A DNA stretch of 64,000 nucleotides from contig OX337229.1 of NCBI GenBank assembly GCA_946965045.2, positions 5,766,001-5,830,000 of the forward strand, written 5' to 3'. Source of the stretch: Epithemia pelagica (lineage: Eukaryota > Protista > Bacillariophyta). Positions 43,899-54,000 of this stretch are shown one piece after another (position 1 is the stretch's first letter; each line of letters opens with the position of its first letter). The position numbers and the translations under genes are program-made. The notes under the pieces are model-generated. The model was not told the DNA's origin, searched no databases, and saw only the letters and a list, made by a program, of their open reading frames with translations.

Positions 43899-44498
43899 GG
43901 TATTTTTATTCGGGGACTCTTGCGTATTTGTGGTGGAAAGGATGCACAAAGTATCAAATGTACACGACAATATAATATATCGATTATCGATGTAACCTTA
44001 GTACGACGCCTCGAGAATGACGATGAGATTTGAATTTTCAAAAAGCTCAAAGAAGACCGACCATGGTGCAGTTTCGAAATGATTCTGGTTGCGTCTTCCC
44101 GCGCGAGCGCCGTCAGTGGCGGGCCACTAACTGAGACCGACGAATCTGACGTATTTCTACAATTCCCAAGAACTCGGAACTTCCAACGAGTACACAATTC
44201 TCATACTCACGATACCCGAACTCCGCTTTTCAGGAGTCGGCATTTGAGTGGCACAAAGTTGTAGTAGGAACTGTTGTATTATCATCATCATCACTGACGA
44301 TTCCAATGGGGGAACCTATCCTATGGTGTGGTGTTGCTTGAGAATAATACCAAGAAAGGAACAGAATTGTCGGTCACACCTTTGTATTTGTATTCAAAAA
44401 AAGACTCCTGTCTCGTAACCGTATCATCATTGTTACATTGTTGTTGTTGTATGTTGGCGCAAAACCAACGTGCAACACAGACTAGAACCGATACAATC

Positions 44499-46229
44499 AT
44501 GACTGTAGAACGTTTCATGCTGGGCGGCTGGATGATAGTCGTCCTCTCTCTTGCATCTGCTTCGTTTTGTCCTTTGGCCCTCGCATGGTCTCCACACCAC
44601 GCTGGGTTGGCTCGTGGTGTCCAACGGATGCAACCCTCCTCCTCTCGTCCAATGCTCCATGACAAAGACTCCATTGGAACACGGCCTCACTCGGCATTGT
44701 CCGTACTTCCATCTCGTTCTTCGTCTGCGTCATCATCATCATCATCATCTTCCACACCCTTGGAAGCCGTGGCGCTTTCTTCCACCTCCTCGGAACCACC
44801 CGTCTATTCCTCGTCTCCCTCGTTGCAACAACAACAACCACAAAACGAGCAAGACTCTTCTTCTTCCTTTTGGTGGCCCGTGGTGAGTGCCGCCTTGCTC
44901 ATTACGGGCAATACCTTTGGTGCGGGCAGTCTCGTCTTGCCCACCTTGGCGGCCGGACCGGGATTGGGCCCTTCCACGGCCGTCTTTGTCCTTGCCTATA
45001 CGCTCAATCTCTTGTCCGGTCTCACCTTGGCCCATGTCGCCATTACGCAATACGAACAACAGCAAGACAAGGAGGCAATTCCATCGTCGTTTCAAGAATT
45101 TGTCCAAACCAATTTGGACAGTCCGGAATTGGCCGTGACCATGTCCGGCATTTCCTTTGTCATGAATTCGCTCGTCTTGGCCTTTGATATTTCCCGCGTC
45201 GGGTGCCTGTTGCAAGGCGCCTTGCAGCACAATCCCTTGGTGACCTGTACGGCCTGGTCCGGCTTGTTGTGGGTCTTGGTGGCCACACAGAGTAGTCATC
45301 GCTTGTCTCAAGTGGCCAGTGGGTGTGTCTTGATTTTGTTTGCCAGTTTTGCCAGTCTGCTGGTACCCGGCTTGGCCTCCTTGACCAATCCGTTGGGCGA
45401 TTGGTTCGTACCGGGCACGGCCGCACACGATTCCAGTTTGTGGTGGCATTCCTTGACGGAATTGGCACCCGTCGTGGTGGTCTGTACCATTTTTCAAAAC
45501 ATTGTGCCCACCATTTGTCAATTGTTGCAGTACGAGCGGAGGCAATCCATGACGGCCATTGTCTTGGGATCCTCTCTCCCCTTGTTCATGTACATTGCCT
45601 GGTGTTGGGCCTGTTTGGGACAAGGAGGATTGGATTTGACCACCACGATGCATGGCATGACGACCAATCCACTCTTTGTCATCTTTTCCTTGGCCACACT
45701 GGCCGGTTCCTCCATTGGCTGTTCCCTCTCGTGTGCGTCCGAAATGGAACAGTTTGTGCAAAAGCAACAACAACGACTTTCGCAATCGAAACCACCCGTT
45801 CCTCCAGAAACGACTACTACCAAACCACGAACCAAAGCAGCAGCAGCCGATTCGGAGGGCTTTCAATGGATTACCGTCTTGGCGACGGTCGCTTTCCCCT
45901 GGAGTCTCAATGTGGCCTTTTCGCAAGGGGGTGATTTGACCAGTGCCTTGCATTGGGCCGGTGGATTGGGCAGTCCCATTTTGTATGGCATCATTCCGGC
46001 CCTCATGGCCTATCAACAACTCCAAACCAGCCAACAGCAGCAGCAAGACCAACGACAAGAAGAACAAGCGCCATCCATCATGGGACAACAAGTTGGCTTT
46101 GGAGTCTTGGGAGCCGCTTCGACGGGATTGTTTTGTGGCAATTTGGCCGATGGAGCCACAGCCTTGTGGCCCAGTCTCCCCACCGCGGCCGCGGCCGCCG
46201 TGGCTCTCACCGAAGCCGTGCCGATATAA
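44499..46229 (+). CDS. Aromatic amino acid permease (TyrP/Mtr-like), probably plastid-targeted
   Basis: ALLITGNTFGAGSLVLP first-helix motif and ~11 hydrophobic segments. Signal peptide followed by ALA^WSP and a Ser-rich transit-like stretch. Confidence 0.8.
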   Translation: MTVERFMLGGWMIVVLSLASASFCPLALAWSPHHAGLARGVQRMQPSSSRPMLHDKDSIGTRPHSALSVLPSRSSSASSSSSSSSTPLEAVALSSTSSEPPVYSSSPSLQQQQPQNEQDSSSSFWWPVVSAALLITGNTFGAGSLVLPTLAAGPGLGPSTAVFVLAYTLNLLSGLTLAHVAITQYEQQQDKEAIPSSFQEFVQTNLDSPELAVTMSGISFVMNSLVLAFDISRVGCLLQGALQHNPLVTCTAWSGLLWVLVATQSSHRLSQVASGCVLILFASFASLLVPGLASLTNPLGDWFVPGTAAHDSSLWWHSLTELAPVVVVCTIFQNIVPTICQLLQYERRQSMTAIVLGSSLPLFMYIAWCWACLGQGGLDLTTTMHGMTTNPLFVIFSLATLAGSSIGCSLSCASEMEQFVQKQQQRLSQSKPPVPPETTTTKPRTKAAAADSEGFQWITVLATVAFPWSLNVAFSQGGDLTSALHWAGGLGSPILYGIIPALMAYQQLQTSQQQQQDQRQEEQAPSIMGQQVGFGVLGAASTGLFCGNLADGATALWPSLPTAAAAAVALTEAVPI

Positions 46230-46485
46230 CACCCAAGCCACAAAAAAGCGAGAGCCATGCCCATGCCGTCACGGATGAAACAACCACTGTAGTTTGACTG
46301 TAATTTGCTAACCCACACACTGCTATATTTTTGCCACGACACCAATCCTTCACCTTGTTTGTAGTAGATATATGGTCCAGAGAATCCTCCGTTCTTTTAA
46401 AACGATTAATACAAAGTCCCACGAGTTTCCAGTCGTTGGACTGATACATTCCTTTATCGTTCCACCAAACTCAAAATCCTTCTCC

Positions 46486-48168
46486 TCACAGATTGTTCCG
46501 AGAGTTCGTGTTGCTGTTCGTTCTGCCCGTATCACTGGCATTATCCTCCTCCCGTGGTTTCGTTGTCGTCGAATCCTGGTCGTGGGTAGATGATCCTGGT
46601 CTTGTGGTGGTGGAGCGAGACTGCGAGGTAGTACGGCTCGAACTACGGTTTCGTGGTGGGTGGGAACGGTTTTGTTGTTGTTGTACTACTGGTGGTTGTG
46701 TACGTGAGCGTGAAGAACGTGGTTGTGGTACTGCTGGTTGCGGTTCGTCTTTTTCCAAGGATGGTGCTCTAGTATTCGTGTTTTGTGGTTTCCTCCTCCA
46801 AGCTTGGGGTGGTGGGTTGGGATTCCTTTCGTCGTCATTGTTGTTGCGAGGATGATAAAAGGTCGAACGGTCGGGCCAGTTGTACGGACGATTATTAGAC
46901 GACGACGATACTCCCGCAAGATTTTGTGCCAAGGGATGCTCGGTGTTGGGCGTTTGAGGACTGTCGATCGTACTACGAGAGGTTCGCACCAACTGTTGTT
47001 CAGCAAAACACACATTGCAAATCACCTTCCCGGTTCGTGTGCGTCGAGCCGTGTCCCATTCGTCGGGGGTGAGAATGGCCTGACAGGACGAACACGTGTA
47101 GTCTTGACAGTCCTGACGCAAGGCCTGCAATTCTTGGAGTTGTTCTTGCAGCTTGATTTGGGCGGCTGTTTGTCGTGTTTCAAAGGCTGCCTTGTGACGT
47201 TTGGCCAAGGCCTCGCGCGTTTTGGAAGCATTGGTCAAGGATTCTCGAAACAATTGGCTTTGTTGCAAAAATCCTTGTTCCTCTTGAAACACTTGACGAT
47301 GCAGTTCTTCCGAAGTTCGATTCTTTTGTAACGACGCGGTTTGCCACGCATTTAACAAATCCTGCAACGAGGGCTCGTTTTCCTCTGCCGAGTTGGCATC
47401 GATGACATTGTTATTGTTGTTGTTGTTTTGGTTTCCATTCAGACTCGAGGGTGGTGGTTGTGCGAGACGCCGACCCGCCCATTGATACCGTTCTTGCACG
47501 GCACGATCGACCATACGACGAGGACCAACGGCTCGATCCAAGACGGCATTGTATCCATGGTCCCCCATTCCTCCACGGTTTAATCGAGGATCCTGGTCCC
47601 CCACATACTGGGACAATTCGACATAGTCGTCCGAATCCAACTGGACTCCATCCAACATGCCATTGTCGTCGTCATCCTCTGTACTAGAACTACTAGCTGG
47701 CCCATGCTCCGTGTCCTGGTTGGTCCGCGAGTCGTCTTCCAAGCCAAGGCTTTGCAATTGTTCGGCTTGTTGTTGCAAGTATTGTTCCAAGTCATATGGA
47801 GATAGACTTTGGCTGACATCATTCTGAGAGGGATCCGCAAATTGGGGATCCACGGCCACGTTGTTACGATTGTGGAGGGCCTTGCGCAAGGATGCGGCAG
47901 GATCTATCAGATATTCGTCGTCGTCGTCGTCGTCGTCTTTGTGGTTGACGCGAGGCTTGTTTGTACTACTACAGCGACAAGTCGTCCTTCGTGTTCTTCG
48001 TACTTTTGTGTGTGTCGGATGCTGTTGCCCTTCCCTTCGATGCAACACCATGCACGAACTGCTAAAGGAAAGAGCCACCGGAACCCAAGTCGCACCCAAT
48101 ACGAGTAGGGTAACCCACCAGCAGCCATGAATGACAACGAGGGTCCGAGGAGGAGGAGGAGGACCCAT
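46486..48168 (-). CDS. Hypothetical protein with bipartite plastid-type presequence and a CxxC...CxxC Zn ribbon
   Basis: Hydrophobic N-terminus then ALS^FSS; CSSC...ICNVC motif; coiled-coil-like middle region. Confidence 0.6.
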   Translation of the reverse strand: MGPPPPPRTLVVIHGCWWVTLLVLGATWVPVALSFSSSCMVLHRREGQQHPTHTKVRRTRRTTCRCSSTNKPRVNHKDDDDDDDEYLIDPAASLRKALHNRNNVAVDPQFADPSQNDVSQSLSPYDLEQYLQQQAEQLQSLGLEDDSRTNQDTEHGPASSSSTEDDDDNGMLDGVQLDSDDYVELSQYVGDQDPRLNRGGMGDHGYNAVLDRAVGPRRMVDRAVQERYQWAGRRLAQPPPSSLNGNQNNNNNNNVIDANSAEENEPSLQDLLNAWQTASLQKNRTSEELHRQVFQEEQGFLQQSQLFRESLTNASKTREALAKRHKAAFETRQTAAQIKLQEQLQELQALRQDCQDYTCSSCQAILTPDEWDTARRTRTGKVICNVCFAEQQLVRTSRSTIDSPQTPNTEHPLAQNLAGVSSSSNNRPYNWPDRSTFYHPRNNNDDERNPNPPPQAWRRKPQNTNTRAPSLEKDEPQPAVPQPRSSRSRTQPPVVQQQQNRSHPPRNRSSSRTTSQSRSTTTRPGSSTHDQDSTTTKPREEDNASDTGRTNSNTNSRNNL

Positions 48169-48723
48169 GATTGTTCTATGAGACTTGGTTGGTCGAATCC
48201 AACAATCCAAACGTGGTCTGTGATCGAATAAGGTCTCACTCAAAGACAACAAGGAAGAAGAAGAACTGTGGAGGAGAGGATTCTTTCTCAAGTGTCCAAT
48301 GTCAGAGATTCAAACCACCAGAACAAACGGTGCACCTCAAATTCCCATGGCGGCCATTGTGTGCCATCTGGAATCTGAAATCTGGCGAAATGAAAAAAAA
48401 ACGGGGCGAGAAATGGGGGGATGAAAAAGCTATGTCTCCTCCGCGTTGCTGCTCCTTCCATAGCGACAGCTAGAGGAAATCGAAAGTCAACCTCGGCACC
48501 CTAGGAGTTGGTGGCTGTTGTGTTCTTCTCACAATCTGTGGAAAGGAAGGGAGATGGTATATGCTCTTGTTGCTGTGGTAGAACAGTAGCTACGATCGCA
48601 GCCGCGCGAATGTGTCCTGACACGTACCCTCTAGAGCTAGAGGCCAAGAGGCTCTGCCTATTCTTGATCGGTAAACTACTTAGAGAAACAAGTATCCGTT
48701 TTGTATCCTTTTTATTCGAACGT

Positions 48724-48759
<36 letters not shown>

Positions 48760-48957
48760 CTCTCGGTTTTCGGATCCAATCTGTAACATATTGTGTGCAT
48801 ATATGTGGTTGTGCAGGTCGTTCCCCTTGAAACGTCTGTACTGTTGTGGTTGTGTGCTGTAGGGTGTTGTGAATCCAACGAATAGAGGGTGGTCGTGGTG
48901 GCTTGCCAGACTAGTCCTCGTCGTTGTTGTCCATTCTACAAGAGAAACTGTGCTGTA

Positions 48958-50061
48958 TTAATTGAATCCACCCAGCCATCGTTGTTTGCCTCGTCGAACC
49001 AAAATGGTAATTTCTTGTGGCAATTCGCTAATGATATGGGCAAAACTGGCTTCCTTCATTTTGTCACATAAGATATCATTGACACTCAAAATATGATCAT
49101 TTTCTTTCAAGACGGTCTTGCTCCAAATGGAATCATCGGCAATTTCCTTGATACACAAGACCCCCCAATACCAGACCACCATTCCCAAGTCCTTGTAGGT
49201 CATGTCGGCCTTGGGTTTGACGACTGTCGCTTGGACCAAGGAATCTTGGCCGGATGGATTCAAGACTTGGACATGCAAATAAGAGTCGCGTTGATAACAA
49301 GTGTGCAACAATTCCGTTGTGCGCACGGCGTTGAAACTGGGACCAATGGTAGTGCCATTCACCAATCGCATGGAATCGCCGGGTTGAATGAGCGAGTATT
49401 GACGAATGATACCACCCACGGAATCGACCAAGACGGGACTGGCACCCGCATTCGCACCACCATTGCTGTTGCTGCGACGCAATTTCATCAACCGCTTTTT
49501 CGTCGTGGGAGGCGCATCGACCAAGTCCAACGTCCACTCGTGATTGTCGGAAGCAGCAGGCGCAGAAGTAGGCGCTTGGTCGGTCATGGTCACCACCACG
49601 GGCGTGTCCCCGACGGGTCCTTTTGCCGTCCCAGTGCCGCCATTCTCGGTGGCAGGTGCTTGGTCGTTGTTGTCATTGTTGTTTTCTTCTTCCTCTTCTT
49701 CTTCGACAATGGCCACAGCCAACGAATCTTGGGTAAAACTATGATTGCTATTGCCATTGCGCGACGAAACCGACGACGATTGTTTGGTCGGTGTCAATTT
49801 GGTAAAGGACGAGGCCGATCCTTGACTGCTACTCCGCGAATGCGTCCGCGTGTGTTGCTTATTCTTTTTATTGGAGGCATCCATGTCGGGTGGTTTCAAG
49901 AGACCGGGTTTCAAAAAGGTAATGCTGCGCAAATACGCATCCTTGGGTCGACCCACCACCGAACCAACTTCCGAGGCCAAGGCCGTCGTGGCCACCGAGG
50001 CATCGTCCGATCCCGGACCGGGAGGACCGCGAGGAATACGAGCCAATTGTGTCGCGTTCAT
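48958..50061 (-). CDS. Protein with tandem PDZ-like domains
   Basis: LIQPGDSMRLVNG and LKENDHILSVND...ITILVRR resemble the PDZ GD-x-I-x-x-V-N motif. Confidence 0.5.
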   Translation of the reverse strand: MNATQLARIPRGPPGPGSDDASVATTALASEVGSVVGRPKDAYLRSITFLKPGLLKPPDMDASNKKNKQHTRTHSRSSSQGSASSFTKLTPTKQSSSVSSRNGNSNHSFTQDSLAVAIVEEEEEEENNNDNNDQAPATENGGTGTAKGPVGDTPVVVTMTDQAPTSAPAASDNHEWTLDLVDAPPTTKKRLMKLRRSNSNGGANAGASPVLVDSVGGIIRQYSLIQPGDSMRLVNGTTIGPSFNAVRTTELLHTCYQRDSYLHVQVLNPSGQDSLVQATVVKPKADMTYKDLGMVVWYWGVLCIKEIADDSIWSKTVLKENDHILSVNDILCDKMKEASFAHIISELPQEITILVRRGKQRWLGGFN

Positions 50062-51094
50062 GGAGGAATGGGTTGTTGTTGCTTTATTGCTCGTTGGTTG
50101 GTTGGTAGGGTTTTGTTTGTCACGTGCGTGGTGGGATCAGTGTGTCGGACCGTGAGAATTGGCAATCGCTGAAACGCAAGTAGCTACGATTTTGTAGAGG
50201 GTGAAGGATTGGGGGGATGGATTCCGCTGCTGGACTGGAGAGACCAACCACAAGATCGGATGTTGTTGTTATTTGTTTCTCCTTGGATGGATGATACAGT
50301 ATTGGACTCTTTTGCCCAGAGAAGTTTGCACAGTTCCGATTGCTTGATGTGTGATATACTGTGACGGTGAGGTCCTTTGACCGTGGATGACGACGAGAAA
50401 AACGTTTCTCGCTATTAGATAGAAGGTGGATCCTTTTTCTGCTGGATGCGTCATCTACTGATCACGATGAGAGTGTGAACTTTGTTTTCTCGGAAGTTGT
50501 GGAGGCACTTTGTTCGATAGCGATCCAGAACCGGGAGGGGGTTCGTGATCGGATGTCGCACTGGTATCGTCAAGCTATCAAAAGAGGAAAGCATGACGTG
50601 GTATGCGAACGACGGTCGCGAATCTCAAAGATTCCATCTCGATTTCCTAGTTTCGAGAGATAGGCATAGCGGAGTCCCACAAATCACCAGTCACGCAAAG
50701 CTATTCGACGGACAGACGTTCCGGGACACGGATGAGAGCTTCGACGAAGTTCGTGACTCTTCTTTGGGTGGGACCCAGGTACTACTGAGTGGTACAAAAA
50801 CTGCATACCAATATTGAGTATAGCATCTCTTTATGGATCCGAACGCCAAGACGTTCGGCATGATCGCGTGTGGTCTCTCTCTTGGACGCAACTTTTTACA
50901 CCACGAGCACAACCATATCCGCAGCAGCAAGAGAGAAACAAGCGAACAACAATAGAGAGGGAATTGTATACTCTCAAACGCATCGATTCATTGGAGAGGC
51001 AAAAAGAAAACAGTCTTTTTTTCTCTGTCGAGGAAAAGTGGAGGGAAAATCGATTCTTGCGGACCAATTTAGGTGGAAGGAGACGAGCAACAGT

Positions 51095-54000
51095 ATGGCC
51101 GAGGGTGTGATGGTCGCTCCATCCCCGGAGCAGCAACACGACGATCATCCTTTGGAGGATCCTCGTGCGCTTTCGCCATCGTCTTCTTCTTCGTCATCAT
51201 CCTGGTCCAATGCTTGCAACGACAATCACGACAACAAACTACAAGAAGAAGAAGAAGAAGAAGAAGCATTACAGGCACACTCTCATTCCCCTTCCATGGC
51301 CAAACCACCAGACTCTTGTTCTCGTAGTACAACCACAAACTCCACCAATACAGCCACATCCTCGTCGTCGTCTTCGACGTTGGATGGTTCGTTGATATCT
51401 CGGGAAACTTCGGAACAAAACCATGACCATTTTTCCACAAGCCAACCAAACGAAGCCACTGTTGGTGTGTCCGGAACCGAATTGAATCAGCGAGAAGAAG
51501 AACAAGAAACCAAACCGGAGGCATTCTCGAAACAGCCACACAACGATATTTCGGTGGCAACAACAACACCCAAACAACCACCGCCGTCTTCCAACATGGA
51601 CACCTGGAATCATCATCCTTCGAGGGTTACTTCCGAAACCATGGCTCCGGATGGACCTCAGTTTCGACAAAAGGCCTTGATGATGATGCAAAACCACCCA
51701 CTGGATTCGACCACCACCAACATGACCATGGAAGCATCCTCCTCCGAATCTTCCGCGATGGATGCCGTGACGACGACAACGACGCCGCCGCCGAAACCCA
51801 TGGACGACGAGACTACTCGAACCGCGAAGGAATCACACGGCTCCACTACCTCGTCCATTTATGTCGGCAGCACTCTGTCCAATCCGTGGGTGACCAAGGC
51901 TCGATTGCAAGCTCGAGCTGCTCAAGCCTTGCAACCCTATCAAGAGACCTTGCAAGAAATTTATTGGAATCATTATTATCGTCCCTATTATTACAACAAT
52001 AAAAATGGGAATGCGAAGGAACCTCTTACCATGGAACAAACAATCACCATGGCAGATCCAACGGGGTTGCTGGCACCGCATGACATTCGTTCCCAACCAT
52101 GGCATTCATCACCACCAACGACAAAAACCACAACAACGACTATGACGCCGGAAGCATTTCTACAGGACCGAAATCATCATCATCAGCGTCGTCGCAGCAT
52201 GATTGTCGTATCGGGTCCTCATGGATGTGGCAAACGGACCTTGGTTCAAACCGCCTTGCAACCCTTGGTTGTGGAACAACACAATGGGTATTTGTTACAA
52301 GGTCATTACGATCCACCACCCTTGTCATGTCCGGGAGAATTGCAATGGCAATCCCACAAGACGCTCCAGGGAGGAGGAGGAAGTATCATTCCCTACAGTG
52401 GATTGGTCATGGCCTTTTCCTCCTTTACCGCCCAAGTCATTCAACGTCATTCCGTCAAGGAAGTCCGGCAAGCCATTTTACAGTACGTGAGCAATACCAA
52501 TCCCAATCACCATCAATCCACAAGCAACAACAGTAACAACAATACAGCGGCCAATTTGTCCGTCTTGACCAGCATGATTCCAGCCCTGGAAGGTATTTTG
52601 GAACAGGACATGCCATCTACTCATCTCCAACCATCCACGCAAGGCAGCAGCACCAATTCGTCGTCTTCGGAAGATCCCATTCAACGCTTTGTCTTGGCCT
52701 TTCGCATGTTTGTTCGAGCTATTACCAGTTTGGCACCCGTCGTCTTGGTCTTGCACGAGTTGCAGTGGGCCGATCCCTGTTCCTTGGATTTGCTCACGGG
52801 CATTGTCACGGACCATGGCTCGCCAGCGGATCGACGACCACCCCTCTTGGTGGTGGCCACGTTGGATTGGACGCTCGTGGCGGAGGATTCCTATGTCGCT
52901 CGCAAATTGCGAGAATTGGAACAACCGGCTGTCGTCGAACCTCCGACTGTCCTGCCATCGTCGTCGTCGAACAGTCGAGACAAGGAAGAAGAAAAAGAGG
53001 GCCAGGCAATGCTTTCGAGTATTCATACCGTGGAATTGTGTGGAGGACAAGAATGTTCTTTGCTGGACTCGACCAACCGTGAATCGAGTAAGAATTCCGA
53101 GGACGTGTTGTGGTTCCGCGAATGGTTGGCGCAAGCCTTGGAAATGGACAATGCCGATCATGCCGAAACCTTGCAGCGATTGATGCGATTGTTGCCTCAA
53201 CATGTACCGGCCGGGAATTGGTTTTTGGTCATGGAATTTGTGCACTTTTTGCAAGAATCCGACTTGCTCTTTTACCGACCCTTTTCGCCCAATCAGGGTC
53301 GTTGGGAATTGGCCAGTCCCGAAGAACTCAATGTCGTCTTGGCCCATCTTCAAGACCATCCCGGAGAATTTTTGGTGGACAAGCTACAGCATCAATTATC
53401 GCCGCCGACCAAGCAAGTCTTGATGGTGGCAGCCTGTTTGGGGAGTCGAGTCAATGTCCGGATCCTGGAATGGATTTTGGGTGCCAATGTGGCGGAGCAG
53501 TTGGACGAGTTGGAAGAACGGGGATGGTTGGCGCGCAACAAACTGGATGAATTGCCCTCCACCTGTTGTCCCGACCATAATCCAAAGCTGGCGGCGACGA
53601 CGACTACAACACCGACCTGTCGCAAAGCTTGGCAATCCCATGAAGCCTATACCTTTGAACACATGGCGGTGCGAGAAGCAGCACAAGCCTTGATTGCACG
53701 GTCATCCACCTCCAAACTGTTCAGTTCGAGCGGTGGGTTGAGTGTGGGTCACGATAGTATTTCGTCACCACGATCCGACAGCAGCAGCAGCAAATCTAGC
53801 TTGGAACTCTTTCATTTGGAAATTGGACGCAAATTGTGGAAGAAATTATCCTCCTTATCGGACAATGACGATGCATTGTCCCAACATGTCTTTGTTGTCT
53901 TGTCCCAAATGTCCATTGGACGACAATGGATTACCAATGAAAAAGAATGCGTCGCGACCGCCACACTGTGTCTGTTGGCAGGTCAAAAGGCGGCCCGATC

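Noticed and set aside
44745-46241. 498-aa antisense ORF over the permease gene (similar cases: 49093-50172, 43125-44033, 52478-53359, 53855-54664, 57450-58199, 59947-60705)
   Set aside because: Shadow ORFs produced by codon bias of the real gene on the opposite strand; no recognisable motifs.
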